A program made the translations under genes and the position numbers. The notes below the pieces were generated by a model. That model made no database searches, was not told where the DNA came from, and saw nothing but the letters and a program-made list of their open reading frames with translations. From the NCBI GenBank assembly GCA_963575745.1, contig CAUYUJ010000159.1, positions 248,001 through 312,000 on the forward strand: DNA of 64,000 nt, read 5' to 3'. Source of the DNA: Prorocentrum cordatum (lineage: Eukaryota). Shown here piece by piece: positions 11,844 to 26,214 of the stretch (positions within the stretch are counted from its first letter, which is position 1; each line of letters starts with the position of its first letter).

Positions 11844-12249
11844 CGTCTCCCAGAGAGCACTGTTTGGGTTCATGTGCAACTCATCGGCGGCCGAGTCGGG
11901 AAAAATCGAGTCGGCGGAAATCGGCAGGCTAGCAGGCCTCCAATGAGAAATCGACACCCGAATCAGAATCCTAAATCGAATCAGATCGGAATCGGGAACC
12001 ATTGAAATCGAATCAAATTGAATCGGAATAGTCGAAGCGAACCCTACCTTCCTCCTCTCCCTCCCTCTGATCTCCTCTCCTCCTGCTGGCCTCCCTCCGC
12101 ATCTCCGTGTAGGGCGCGGGTGCGAGCATGCGCTCTCGCCGCGCGTTGTGCGCAGCGGGCGTTTTCCTCCTCTTCCTCGTCCTCGTCCTCCTCCTCCTCC
12201 TCCTTTCTCCTTCGCCCCCCCTCCTGGTCCTCCTCTTCCTTTTGCTGTG

Positions 12250-12650
12250 GCCACGCTGGCAAGACAGGGCGTCCTCAGAAGCACCCGTCCCGCGAGAGTG
12301 GTGCGGCCGCACTGGCAGGACAGAGTATCCCCATGAGCGCCGGTCCCGCGGTACAGACTTACCTGCTTCACTTTTCCTGGAGAGGTCGAGCTTTGAAGTT
12401 TACGTGGTCGTGCACGGAGCTTGGGCTCGCATTTACTGATGGTCTGCCATGCGCTTCTTTCGAGACTGGAACAAAAAGCTCCGCATCTGTACATGTATCT
12501 CCTCCTCCTCGTAACCTCCCCTCTCCAATGTTTCCTCCTTGCCGCAACATCTACCGCCGCCTCCTCCGCAGCACGCTTCCGGCCGTCGCCTCCATTCACG
12601 TGCCCCTCGATGAGGGGCACGCGCGCCGACCATCATCCAACCAAGCGTCC
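12250..12650 (-). pseudogene. Possible Cys/His-rich 3' terminus of a LINE ORF2
   Basis: KH....Y.YRCGAF...SKC...HGDTLSCQCG...LRTPC resembles the Cys-rich tails that follow RNase H in the other LINE fragments here. Confidence 0.3.
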
Positions 12651-14799
12651 ACAGCAGGACGCCATTCCCACCCCTGCATAGCCTGGCTCCCGGCGCAGTT
12701 ACAAGGAAATAAACAAGTTATGTTGGGCGGCTGAGTACTCCGGGGTGCACCTGTTAGGTCGGGCATGTCCTCCCACTGGCAGATTTTGGAAGAACACTAA
12801 CACATGTTCAAAAACTATTCAAAAATAGTCGACAAATAGTCCTTATAATATTGTTTACCTATTTTTGAAATTTCCTCCTGTAGAGGGACGTGCCCGACCC
12901 CTGTTTCTGCGATCTTCGAGCCTGGCTGACCGAATCTGCCCCTCCAGATGGGGAGCCGCTCGGCTGCCCAGGGCCGAGGGAGGGGAAGGAGGGGAGGAGG
13001 GCGCGAGGAAGCGGAGGGAGGGAGGGCGCCGAGAAAAGCCTTGTCTGGCACGCAGGGGGACCCCAGGGGGGGCTCCGTGGTGTGTCCTGGGCGGGGTCCA
13101 CGGGGTTCTGGTAGGAGGAGGAGGAGGAGGAAAAGGAGGAGGAGAAAGGATCGACTCCGCAGGCATACGCGCGCGATCACAGCTCGAGAGATCTGTTGGC
13201 TCCATCGTTGAGATGCTTGCTACCGAGCGGAAACTCGTGCGATCCGTGTTCAATTGCGTAGCCTCTCCGTCCTGCGAGTGCGGACAAACATGAGGGGGGG
13301 CGAAAACGAAGAGCGTCGCGCGCCGCGGTTCGAGCCCGCGAGCCATCCAGCCATGCGCCCGCAGGAACAAAGTGAACCCGATCGGCCCCCTCACTTTACC
13401 AATTTCGAAGACGACGGCACAGCTTCACAAGCAGTCTACGTATGAGATGCGCCGAGGGCCACAAAGAGCGGGAGCAAGGACGTCCAGCTTGCCTGACACA
13501 AATCTCTAATAGCCTGATCATGTCGACGGTACTAGATACCCTCCCATGAGAGGTGAATTGGAGCATCACCCCGTGCACTCTGCATGGGTCACATGCGGTG
13601 TCCACACAGGCACAAGTGATCTCTGAGTGACCAGGGGAGCGGAAGCGTCATGGCTGTGGTATGGATGGTAGAACCTACTCACCACACGCACAATGGAGTA
13701 TCTATACGATGTGAGCTGAGCAGCGTTGGCGTCACAAATTGGTGGAGACCGAAAGAGAGTGCAACATTTTCGGGCCGCCTGAATTAAACCGCCGGGCCTA
13801 CTTTCATCCGGAGGGCAGCTGCCACGAACTCAGGCCCCGAGCCCACGCCAGAGAGCTTTCCAGATCAACCTGTTGCGAGAGGTGCCCCAGGGAATCGGAG
13901 CCACGGATTCAAGGGGGCGGGAATATCCAGCCCTCCACAGGTCCTCGGGGGCACATCTCCAAAGCGGCGGGTATGGTCACATCCCCGGCCTGGACTGGCG
14001 CCCGATTCTCGGCGCGCGGGGCCCGAATTCTGACCCGGGGAGACCAGGCTGCGTATGGCCAAAGGTGTCCCCGACCGAAGGCGCTCCCAGAAAGTTCCTG
14101 GGAGGCCCAGGTGGACCCCCAGATCACTCCTCACGAGGCCCAAGGAACCCCAAGGGTTCCAGACCCCAACCCCCGACATTATGTTTTTGTTCACACAGTC
14201 GACTCCTGGCCCTAAAGGTCTCGACCTCTCCTCCAAGACCGATTGTTAATCCTGAATTATTTTGTCATGGTCCTGGTACCCGGTAAGCGCCCTAGAGGGG
14301 CACACATCATCAAACACATCCCATCGTGACTTTTTCACGACGCGGGGGGGTCTGAGGATAGTGCGAAAACCAAGGTACACCTTGGGCCGGGAGCACCCTT
14401 GGCAACCTCCCACCGCAGGTCAGCCACGATCACCCTCCCAGGCATCTGAACAGGGGGGCGGTCTGGCCGGCGGCCGCACGAGCAGCCGCGGGGAGGCAGA
14501 CGGGCGCGGCAGGGAGAGGCGCGACGAGGAACCACACGCCTTTTTCGCACCTCCTCCTCCTCCTCCTCCTCCTCCTCCTCCTCCTCCTCCTCCTCCTAAT
14601 CCCTCTGACCAGAACTGGCGCATCAGGGGCGGCCTGCGTCTCATGACGCATTTCCATATCTCGCACCAGCATGGCTCCCCCTGTCGCGGCGATGGTGTCT
14701 CTTTTGTAGTCTGGGCCATGGTTGCTGTACGATCGATGAAATTATTTCACTGGGGTGCCAATTGTCCTTGTAATGGAGAGCGGTTGTGTAAGATTTCTT

Positions 14800-17700
14800 T
14801 TAACTTTCGCTACATCGGTGTGTCTTGTCGGAGTGGCATCGGAGAGTGGGAGCGTGATTTGGCGACGTCAGCATTGCGTTGCCGTTCCAAGCTTCAGCAA
14901 CCATCCACTGAGAGCCGAACCGATGGGTGGCAGGCTATCACATGCCTGCAGAAGAGGCGAAAGCGACAATATTCGGCGCCTCCTCCTGTGCCTGGGTCCT
15001 CAGCAACAACGCGGAGATTCGGTCGTTCTGAAAGAGCGAGTCCACTGCTGGCTGCCCGGTCGACGCCTCGAAACGGGGCGGTTTCGCGGCAGCGAGACAA
15101 ACATAATGCAGGCCCTCGACGCGAACTGGCCGCTACCGTGGACTCATCACTGCAGCGAGGAAAAAGGCCACCACAAATCCTGCGCAGGGTCGTGGCAGCA
15201 CCTGACAGCTTATGTTGAGTACACTCCTGACCCAAATTGTTGCAGCGTCTCAAGATCTACGATCCACACACAGTGCAGAAACAAAAACAACATGTGTTCA
15301 GCAGTTCCTCTGAACATTCGGCAGTGAGCCAGGGAGTACCCGAACGACAATTCTAGAGCCTTTCGCCAGGTCGGACTCATAATTTGACAACCGAACATGA
15401 GCCTGGAAGACGGGACGGGCCAGGATTTTGCGGCAATGGAGGCATTCGGAGCGGCCTTGCTCCAAGTCCTGCCGCACAGGCCAACTCCAGATGGATGTTT
15501 CAAGCTTGGACCTTGGGCCCACGCTCGAACAGTCGAATCTATCCTAAGGAAAGACTGCCAAACCTTGCCTACCACACGTTCAGTAATGCGGAGTCGTTTA
15601 CACCTCCTGTCCACCTCCTCCATTTCGAACGGGAAAGGGGTGGTCGAGGAGAGCTTGTTCGGCCTGGGCATCTGCAACTGTCCAGCCCGATGCGGCGTTC
15701 ATGACCTGGAAGGGCGTCAATGATACTTCTGCCCCGGTGAGCTGGCGCGTACAGGGCAGGGGGCACGTGCGCACTCTTCTCGCGCATCAGCGCCTCACGC
15801 GTAAGTCCCGCATGTCGGTGCGCCCTTGAAACATGGCGCGCTGGGCCAACACCAGACAACTGAACTACCGTCATGCTGCCCCCGTGCCTGCCCCCAGTTC
15901 CTGAAACATGGGACGCAGGGCCATGGCCGGATGTTCGCCAGCTTGGGACGTTTGCGGCAAGGTGCCCACGCTGTTCCCCGAGCCCTGGCCACAATCTCAC
16001 CAGGCCCAGGACCCAAGAACATCCAGGAATGAGATGCCCGCGAAAGCTAACGGATACAGCGACGCGCCGCGAACCACCCACACAAACATCAAGACCTCGC
16101 AGGTCCACCGAATCCCACGGCACGGCCGACCCAGCAGTTGCATGCAGCGTCGAGTCAGGAAGAACAGCCTGTCTTCACAAACGGGCGCTTCGCCGTGCCA
16201 ATCAGGAGGCACGTCCTCCAGCGCAGCAGCGCTGGCCCGAGCGGCATCGGGGCGCATGCGCTGCCAGACGCGGCGCCGCGCCTCATCGGGTTGCCCGCAA
16301 AGCGGGCGCAATCCGTTGGCCGGGCGCCCGCGCGGACGGGGTCTGGCGAGCGACCGCGCGCCTCGATGGAAACGAGTGAAGGCCGCGTGCTTTCCCACTA
16401 GGCTGGGCCACCCCCTGGGGTCCGAAGGCCTTCTTGATGGGGTTCAACGCAAACGCGGGCCACTCGGGGGCCATGGGCGCGCGGCCCTCTCGCGCCGACG
16501 CTGAGTAGCGAGGTCGGGGCACTGGGCGAGCAAGGAAGAAGAGGCGCACCCCGCGCGGGCCCCCTTACCCCCGTCACCCCGAAAAACCGAAGCAGACGTC
16601 GACACCCGCCCCCACCCGTGCAAACTAAAACGCATGCACAAGGCAGGGCCGATGGGATTTCGTCAAGGAGCCTGATCGTCGAAGGTGACGGTGCGCCAAA
16701 TTCGACAGAGATCCCCAATCGCACGCATCGAAATTCCGGGGCAGGTGAGCGCGAGCCAAACCACCTCAGCCCAATGCAAAACAGGGCCGACAGCAGCGCG
16801 CCACATGAGCCCCCAAGAATCGCAAGCTTGGCTTGGAGAAAATACCCGAAAGGCCGAGGCCAGTAGGAAAGTGAGACCCGACGAGCCTGCATAATGAACT
16901 CGCGATTAATCATTCCCACAACCGCCGATCCCAATCTTGCCGCCAACAAAACTAGCCGCGCATATTTTCCCAGTCCGACCTCTCTGCCGAGGACGCCTAT
17001 GCGGGTAGCGCTGCAGCGCGCGATGGCGACGACGCGCGTCGCGAAAACGCGTCTGGCGCTTTCGCAGCGCAGTGCGCGCCGTGACCCTCTCCTCTGGGAC
17101 GGCGCCATGCCAATGCCCAGGGGGACCGCGCCGTTGGAAGCCTGGCCCGGCATCGCGCCGAAGTGGCGCGCGATGAGCTCGGCCAATGTAAAACGGATGC
17201 CAGCGTGCAAATCTTGTCTGGATGAACTGCCGCCTTGAGCTAATTTCGGAAAACAATGGGGCCAGCCGCGGCACCTCTCGTAAAAGCCGCAATCACCTCC
17301 CTCTCCTTCCCCGCCGCGGTCACGCCAGCATCGTCAACGCACGAAAATCACCGCGCATCCCCGCGGGCCGAAACGAAATTGTCGAAAGCTTCGATGCTGT
17401 AGACTCGAACGGAAATGTCGTTAGGGATGTCCCGGGCAGGAAGCCCCGAGGAGGCATGGCAAGGCAGAGCCGAAGACTGAACCCCCGATCTTAGAAATCG
17501 AGGTCACGCCACTTGCGCATCGCCCGCGCTTTCGCCCCGTCGATGTCGCGATCGAGAGAGCGCCGCTGGAGGTCGTCTAATTAGGACGACTCGTGATACT
17601 TAACCCCGCCCCAGTAGAATCTTCGCGTCGCCCCATCATCGCGATGGGCTGCTCGACGCGCGCGCCCTGATGCCGCGCAGCGTCCCCGGCGAAGTGGCCA

Positions 17701-19679
17701 GGCCCAGAGGCCCACCATTTTCTGGGATACCAATCGTTGAATTCTTACAGCCGCCGCCGCAGCCCCTCCCCCCCAAACTCGCGCGGGCCCCGCGGGCGGC
17801 CGGATCGGGCGGGGGCCCCGCGTAGGTTTGTCCCCGAGAGCGGGAAGAAGAAACCAGGAAGTTGCCTCGGAAAAAGGCCCAGGATCTCGATCGCCTGCAC
17901 CGGCGCAGAAAGTTTCAAGAGCCGCATCCGACGAGCGGCTGAACTGTTTGGGGTGCAACATAACGAGGGATTGGGGGGCGTCGTGGGAGAACCTGGCACG
18001 CGCGCTCCGCAGCTCGGCCGCCGACGGCCGAGGACGAAAGTATCAGGCGGCACGCGGGGCGCATGCCAGGACTCAGCCAATCTGCCAACTCTACGCCTTC
18101 GCGCCGAAGGAGAGGCTTGGGGCTGCTCGAGAAAACTCCAGGACGGGTCTGCACGCCCGTGGGATGTCATGTTTGTCATAAGCTTAGTGAGCCGGCGCGT
18201 GACCCGAGCCCCCCCTTCCAAAGCCTGCCCCTGCCACTCGCCCCAACTATCCTGATGCTGCTTGTCGATGGTCTTCCGGCTCCCAAGTGGCTGCGCCCCC
18301 GCGAACTTAGAAACTTCCGGCGCTCTTCGCACCAATCGGCTTGAGCGCCTGACGAAGAGTAGCGACTCGCTGGGCTTCCTGCCCGTCGCAACGCAGAGTC
18401 CAAAAGGATGCCGGCCCCCCCTCCTGGGCGAGGGCCGCTTTCTGAAGCCTCGCAATGGCCCGAATCGATTCTCTCAGACGCTGATCAAACCAGATCCCCT
18501 GCCCGCGCTGCTGGGCAGGAGATTCCAACGCCGCCACCTTTGGCGCAAGCTGTGCCGGCAAGAGAATGACAAAAAAACAAAGCGCTTTCTGACAACTCGC
18601 GAAAAGGGCCCCGCCCGCGCGCCTGACAGCCCCAGCGGCGTCGCCCTAGATGGAGCCACAAATCCAATCGCATCCGACAAGAAACGCGTGCTCCTAATCG
18701 AGTCGCTCACATATGACGCGGGGCAAACGGACGCTCATCGTGCGCATCGCCCCACTCTTGAGATAACCGCAGATCACGTCAAGGGGGCGCCAACACGGGG
18801 TGTCAACGACAAAATGCATCAAACGATCAGGGGCCAAGATGCCCGCGCAATCCGCTGGCCATCAAAAGCCGAGACGCGATCGAACGAAGACCGCCACCCC
18901 TGCCCGGGCTCGGCCAGCCCCGCCAGGGGAGGGGGGGGGGGGGGGGGGGCGAAAGCATGTTCCACCCTTGGCCCCCCGCCGAGAAGGCCCGCGGTCGCGG
19001 AGATATGCGACCTCCTGCGCTGGCGGGGTGCTCGCCGAGGAAACTCGCAGAGGCTCGGGGGGCGTCGGCCAACTGATGCCGTCGCGCGCCTCAATGCAGC
19101 TGCCCTGGCCGTCAAACTCCGAGGGCAGCGGGGCCCCGGGGGCGGGGGAGGGCGTGGGGCGGGAACTCCGAATTCAGAACCCACGCCCACCGCGCGGGGG
19201 CATTTTTCTAAACGCGCCGCTCGACGCGTCGCAGCGCGCCACCGAAACGCCCAGCGAAGGTGGCCTTGCCCATGCCGCCCCCGGCCGCGGCCAAGATGTG
19301 ATTGATGGCGTCGTCGTCGAGTTCGTCGAGGCCCATGTCATCCGGGGCTCGCGCGCCCCCGCCCCCAGCGCCGCTTGAGCCGTCGCCGCCGATGCCGGGG
19401 GGGGGGCGCCGAAGCCGCCGCCGCCAGCCGCGCAGCGCGACTGCGCTGTATCTAGATTCGGCGCCTCCTCGGCAACGACGCTCTCGCCGAGGACCTCGGC
19501 GAAGAGCTTGAGCGCATCCAACCCCGCGAACCTCTCGAGAGCATCCTCCCGCGGGCGCTGGCGCAGGACCAACTGATCGACCTCGAGAGACACGGTGTGG
19601 GAGACAGAGAGTGCATGTGACCAACTCCCGATGGAGTGCACAAGAGAATTCGTCTGTTGCGCCGATCTGTGTTCGCAGA

Positions 19680-19774
<95 letters not shown>

Positions 19775-20930
19775 TTATGTCTCTCATGCTATGTATAGTA
19801 TCATTCTCTCTTTCTCTCTTTCTCTCTCTCCCCATCTCTCTCTCTATATCTCTTATTGTTGTTCCCTCTATCTCTCTCTCTCTCTCTCTCTCTCCCTCTC
19901 TCTTCAACCGCGCGCGCGCTTTTCAACTGCTCGGCGATGGGCTGCTCCAACTTAGCTGTCTTTGTCGCGGCCCGCCTGAGCATGTGACCGATGTTCGCGC
20001 GCTGGGCAAATCCTGGCTCGATCGCAGTCGCAGCTGTTTCGGTCTCGCCCAGCTGCTCGCCCCGGAGGGGTCTCGCTTGAACAAGTTGACACCCGAGCTG
20101 CTTAATCTTCTCTTTGAACATGACTTGTGCCGAAACTTACTTCCCAGCATTGTTGGCAGCCGTCGAGGGCGCAGAATTGCCCCTCCATCCGCCGCTGGCC
20201 ACCAATTCATCAAACCGCTTCTGCAGCGCGTCGAACTTCTGCTTGGTCGGGTCGCGTCCGCCAGCGCCGCGCCAGCGAGGCAGTGCATCGCGCCGAGGAT
20301 GATCGCCCTCAGCAGCTGCCGTGCGCTGACGAGCACGACGAGCAACGCGGGCAGGTGCTTGCTCGCCGCGCCCGGGCGCAATCTTGGAGGCCCAGTTCGC
20401 GTTCCCCCCGCACTGGGCGCACGCCCAGTGGATTGCCCGCGAGGGCCCGTGAACTGCCTCCGCAGAGGCGCGCGAAAGACTGCGCAGCCAAAAAAATGGC
20501 ACGCAGCAGCGACTGCCGCGCTGAAGACTGCCGCTGCGAGCGCTGGCCAAAATGCCTGACCCAGAATGGCTCTTGCCGTTCGGCTGGAGACTTTGCCCAG
20601 GGAGTGAGGAGTGCACCCGCGGAGATCGCGATGCTGGCTTTCCTCCCCCCCCCCTCCTCCTCCTCCTCCTGGAGGAGATGGGTGAGCAGAACGGCGGCGG
20701 AGCTCCTGCCTCCCCGACGCCTCGGACCTGGGGCCGCCGAGGGAGGGGCAGCTGGGGCGGCGCCTGGCCCCCGCCCTGGCCCGAGCAGCGCCCTCGACGG
20801 GCGCTTGGACATGGGACAAACAATCGGGGTGAATTGAAGAGGACGCGCGAGAGGACACAACACCCTTCCGATGCCACACTTCCACAGGAATGCAGAAAAC
20901 AGGGGCCGCAAAACGCAGGACACAAAGGTA
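14800..20930 (-). mobile_element. Heavily degraded full-length LINE (ORF1 Zn-finger/coiled coil ... RT ... Zn-finger/RNase H region)
   Basis: WACAQCGGNANWASK (RanBP2-like, ~20410) plus coiled-coil remnants; GPRPI and FYWGGVKYHE (RT motifs 2/A, 17590-17830); RAWAQGP and CRMFRGTAEH (post-RT, 15290-15530). Many frameshifts. Confidence 0.5.
19683..19903. repeat. (CT)n microsatellite
   Basis: Direct reading. Confidence 0.95.
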
Positions 20931-23039
20931 CATTTGACTCAGCAGGGTCAACTCACCAATTAGCCTCGACCGCAACGAAGGCAAACTGCGTCGCGGGGAA
21001 GGCAAACGGAATCCAGACTCAGAGGTTGCGCGGCCTGCAGATCGAGATCCCTGCGGGCAACGAGGCGCCCGCGTGGATCGTGGGTCATGCGTGCGTTCAA
21101 GTGTTCCCAGTCGCCGTCGCCAGTGGAGAGAACCTTCATATTGGCGGACTCACGATGCTGGCGAGCGGGTTGGGGGTGGCGAGGTGCTACAAAGAGGGGG
21201 CGGTCTCTCGACGGGGGCCCGCGCGTGGGGCTCGCTTGAAGGACAGGAGGACGGTTGCCGGGATATGTGATTGGCTTGCGAAAGCGCTCTGGGCGCAAGG
21301 TAGATTGGCGTTGCTCTCTGGCTTCGACTTGTAAGATGGCTTCGGTCTGCGGCCACGCGCGAAGGGCGTGGTCGAAGAGGTGAGTCGCCTGCCCTCGGCC
21401 CGCACGGCCGCGCGCTACAGGGCTACGTAGGCAACGAGGTGCGAATGGTCTCGAGAGAAGCCCGAGAAGTGCGAGATGTGCGAGCCGCGAGAAGTCTGGG
21501 TCGCGAGTGGTATGCTTTTCCTGGAGTGGGGCCTGCTTTCATGGAGTAGGGTGGGCCTCGCCTATCGACCGCGCGGCAATCTTCGAGGGGTCGGCCCCCT
21601 CGGTGCGCAGCGTGATCCCGCTGAAATCAGTCAACCTTCGTCGCGCGCTGGTTCCACGTCCTGGGCTTCAGGACAGCGTACTGATATTGTTGGATATAGT
21701 CTACCCACCGGTGGCCTGCTCCGTGCAGCAGCGAATGCGATGGGACTTCGGCCGATTGGGCAAAGCATTTCGCAGTGGTGATGAAGCGGCTCGATTCGCC
21801 CAGTCCTTCGGGGAAGCGTTCGCCCCTTGCACCGACGACTTCGACGAGCTCTACTCGGCAACGGCGCCTGATGCCGCGAGAAGGCCCTGGGATGGAGACG
21901 GTGTCGGAGGTAGCCCAATACTACCTTGATGGGACAAGATACAGCTCAATTTCGAGCGGAGCGCGACCGAGCTGAACGCTTTCGACTACTAGCAGGGTGC
22001 AGTTGGATGCGCGAGGCGCCATGGCGTCGGCGGGCGAGCGCCCACGGCGTCTGCGAGCGAGTCTCGACGGCTTCGAGCGCAAACGGGGGGGCGCAAGAGG
22101 AGAAGGTCGCGATGCCGGTGGAGGAGATGAGCGAGCAGAACGGCTGTGATGCTCTTGTCCCTACGGGGACCACTGCTCCTACGGAGCGCCAGAAATTTGG
22201 TGGAATGGTTATCTCTGCGGCGCCGGCTGTTCCTACGGCGCCCCAGAATAGTGGAATGAAGTTTTCTACGGCGTCGACGGGCTCTATTGCGCCCCACAAC
22301 AGGTAGTGGGAGAGGTGTTTCAATGACGTCGGCTGCTCCATCGGCGTCCCCGACTGGGGGCGGGATGAGTTGCTCGATGGCTCCCACGGCTACTTCGGAG
22401 TCGAGGGCTAATTCGAGGACGACTGCGAGAATGGCGAAAGACAAGAGTGCGCCCGCGGAGGACCCGATCGTGAGAGGAAGAGGCGGTCTGAGTGAGGAGC
22501 GACAGGGTAGCGGTAGGCAGGGCGGTTGCAGCTGTGTAAATAGCAAGCAGCAAAAAGAGCGTTGTAGCAGACATCACTCAGCAGATTTGGCCTTTTTTGC
22601 CCCAAAGCTTTGCCTCAGGGAGCATGTCAAGCTTCTTGAGGTTCGTCGCCGTTGACGAGCGAAGACAACTCGGGGCTCCCAAGGGGGGTGGGCTCTTGTA
22701 GTCTTCATGCGGGCGCGCACTGCAGGCCGTGCATTCTGTTTTGTGCAATGTGTAGCATAGTCGAGTCAAACTCAGACTTTCGGCCCGATGCAGGTCCAGT
22801 CCTGCCTTGTCCTCCCCCACCTTTTCCTCTCCTCCTCGTCCTCCTCTTCATGTTCCATTTACCTCCTCCTCCACCACGACCTCCTCCTTCTCCTCCGCCC
22901 TCCTCCTTTGCATCCTCCTCTTCCCTCGCCTCTGTTCCATTTCCGCCTATCACTATTCCCCCTCCTACTTACCCACCCATTTATCCTCCTATGCTTCTCT
23001 TCCCACGCCTATTCCTCCTCTTCTTCCTCTCGGCGCCGA

Positions 23040-24655
23040 GCGGGGTCCCGCTAGCCGCATTATACCTTCATGTGTCTACGCCGCCTACCCAGGCAACCGT
23101 CCTCACTCTAAATTTGGCAACGCGCCTGACTCACATAAAATCCTCCACTTGCTCAGCCCATCTTCTAATGCATTGGCTCCAGCTGTGAATGAAGATGTGG
23201 TGGTTGGTAAATACACCCCTCTTGCTGCAAGAATGTGCACTTCGTGGCCAAATGCCGCCACTATGGCCCATGCTGCCGCGGCTTTGTTCCCCCCGGAACC
23301 CTCCGTCGGACTGCAAGAACACGTTACGTCGTACATATTGCGAGTGTTGTGGAAGAGGCCACCTCATACCCCATGAACGCTCGATGTCCATCGTGCGGTT
23401 CGCTAAAGCATCAGCCAAACTGTTTTGCTCCCTTGGGACCCACTTCGCCGGGTCAGCCACGACCGTCGCAGGTAACCACCCAGCCTCTAAAATGCCCATC
23501 ATGTTCCGTGTGATGCGTGTGAATACTGGCCGCAAGTACGGCGTATGGAGTCGCATATGGCCGCAGACCACATCTTTCAACGGCTGGCAGTCCAAGATGG
23601 CCGCGAAATGTCCACAAGCAGCCTCCCACTCGACAGCGGGGGGCTTTGCTTCCAGAGGGATCGTCTCCTCAATCCTTGTCTCCTCACTCCGAGCTCGCTT
23701 TGGATGACGGGCCCGCGCCGCCTGCCTTTCCGTCGTCTCCTCGATGCGGCCAGCCTTTCCCGGCAGGAGTGGCAAATCCCATCGTGCGCAAGTGGTGTCG
23801 ATGAAGTGCCGCTCGTGCTTCGATCAGTCCGCCATGCTGCTGCAACTGTCAATCATGGTCTTCCAGCCGTGCCCGCATACGAGTACGAACGCATCATCCC
23901 AGAAAGCTCTCGCCCCAGGAAGCATTTGTGTGCAACGTGCCCTCTTCCGCGTCTCGAAACGAGCATCTTTGATCGAATCCCACCATGTACAATCCCTGGC
24001 TGACCGGATGGCACAGGTCGGTGAGCGCTTGTCCCTGTCACTCCAAGCTGCCCTGAAAATGTTCCGCAATACGTAGTGGTGAGCAAACTGGATTGACAGC
24101 TCAAAATGCGGATGCTCGTACGTTTGCTGTAGCCCCATAGTGTTTCCTGCGGCGCACGTCCCATTTTCAACACTTTCTGGAGCCAGCCGAACTCCCAACG
24201 CTTCAATGCCAACAAACTCGAAGATGCCACTGTCCAGGAACTCGAACCGAATACAGCTGATGTGCTTGGGGGTTCGGCCCACGCCTGCATCTTGGCGCGA
24301 GTGCTGGCCGGACCGAAAAACTGTTTGGAATGAGCCCATAACTTCCGTTCAGCTTTTGATAAGCGATGCTGCAGACTCGCTGTCGAACTCCCCGCTCCAT
24401 CCAATAAGGAACCCAAGCAATCCATACTGTCCGCTCGTTCATACTGCAAGATTGCGCCACAAGGGCACGACACAGATATAGTGGATTCTCGTCCTGCCGC
24501 GGCTCCTCCCCAGAGGAGGTAAATGAAGTAGGCTTCCAACTGAGCTTGTGCAGGTAGATTACGTCGCACAGCTCCTGAGTCATGACAGCGATGTGCTCGG
24601 GGCAGGTGGCGATGAGCCATATGTTGTCGGTGTACACCACGTGATTGTATACCCT
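23040..24655 (-). pseudogene. 5'-truncated LINE fragment: RT C-terminus + RNase H
   Basis: VYTDNIWL (motif C variant), thumb remnants, VFLQSDGGFRG and KWVPREQNSLADALAN (RNase H motifs). Frameshifted. Confidence 0.75.
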
Positions 24656-24794
24656 ATTCCTCCTCCTCCTCTTTTTCCTCCTCCTGCTCCTTCTCCTCAT
24701 CTGTTTTTCCCCTCCTTCATCCTCACTCCTCCTCCTCATCCTCCGCCTCCTCCTCCTCTTCACTCCTCACTCCTCCTCCTCCATTCCTTCTCCT

Positions 24795-25315
24795 TATAGT
24801 TAACTCATCCCTGTCGCAGCCCGGAGACGGTCGAAAGGGCGGGCCAAGCGTTTCGCGTGTGAGTCCCTCACGACGAATGCTCCCGAAACTTGAAAATTAC
24901 AACATCTTCACACGTGGATGGCGGCCCGCTTTCAAGCGCCGCGCACATGGGTAAAACAAATGCAACAGCTTCACGGGTGGAAAACGGCTCCTTAAGAAAA
25001 AAATGTGAATCTCGCCTGAGCGCCGCGCACATTCGACTTAAGAATTTGCACCAATTTCATTACATATTCTCGTGGTAACGTCCCAGACATGGCGATTTGG
25101 CACGATGCCGGAATGGCAGGGCGCAACAGCCACATTGATTCGCGGCGTTCAAGCCCCAAGAGTGGTGTTCTGGCACTAGTCCAGATTTCCAAATGGTTGT
25201 CTTCCAACGGGGCACTTCCCTCAGTGAAAACAAATCCGTGTAGGAGCCTATGAAGACAGAACTTGGAGGGTGCGTTCATTGCAATATCGTTGGTGAGCCT
25301 TGGGTTTACACTGAT
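24795..25315 (+). mobile_element. Dispersed non-coding repeat, family S copy 1
   Basis: Starts taactc.tccctgtcgca.ccc..ga..ggtcgaaag and ends ggttt.cactg.tcc, as does copy 47787-48390. Embedded in CCT tracts. Confidence 0.65.
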
Positions 25316-25380
25316 CCTCCTCCTCCTCCTTGTCCTCCTCCTCCCACTCCTCACCCATCCTGCCCCACACTGCCTCTTCC

Positions 25381-25415
<35 letters not shown>

Positions 25416-25539
25416 ACTCCCCCTCCTCCTCGTCCTCATGATGCTCTTCCTCTCCTCCTCGCCCCCCCTCCACATTTTCCCTCCAGCTCCTCCATCTCCT
25501 CCTCCTCCACCTCCTCCTCCTCCTCCTCCTCCGCACCAC

Positions 25540-25551
25540 CATCAGCATGAC

Positions 25552-25618
<67 letters not shown>

Positions 25619-25619
25619 G

Positions 25620-25661
<42 letters not shown>

Positions 25662-25885
25662 GCATCATCATCAGCATCATCATCAGCATCATCATCACCA
25701 CCATCTCTGTTACGATCATCACCACCATCATCAGAGTCGTAGTCTTCATCATCGTCATCATCACCATCCGCGTCATCATCATCATCATCATCATCATCAT
25801 ATCATCATCATCATCATCATTGATTATTCTTCTCCATCAGCATCATCAGCATCATCATCATCAACATCAGCATCATCACCATCGT
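25540..25885. repeat. (CAT)n microsatellite
   Basis: Direct reading. Confidence 0.95.
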
Positions 25886-26144
25886 CATTCCTCATACTTC
25901 AGTATCCTCACTTCCCCCATCTGTTCCTCCTCCATGTCCCCTCTTCTTATTAGTACTACTATTATTATTAGTAGTATTATCATTATTCGTAGTATTATCA
26001 TTATTAGTATTATTATTCGTCTTCGTCCTCCTCCTCCTCCTCCTCCTCCTCACTACCCCTCCTCTCTCCTCCTGCCTTGTTCTGCCTCCTCATTCTGATT
26101 ATCCTCACTCTTCCTGCCTCCTACTGCCTCGTTCTCCTCCTCTT

Positions 26145-26186
<42 letters not shown>

Positions 26187-26214
26187 CCTCCTCCTTTTCC
26201 TCCTCCTCAATTAT

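Noticed and set aside
22586..22620. SL-like ggccttttttgcccaaag
   Set aside because: Too weak a match and not at a recognisable element start.
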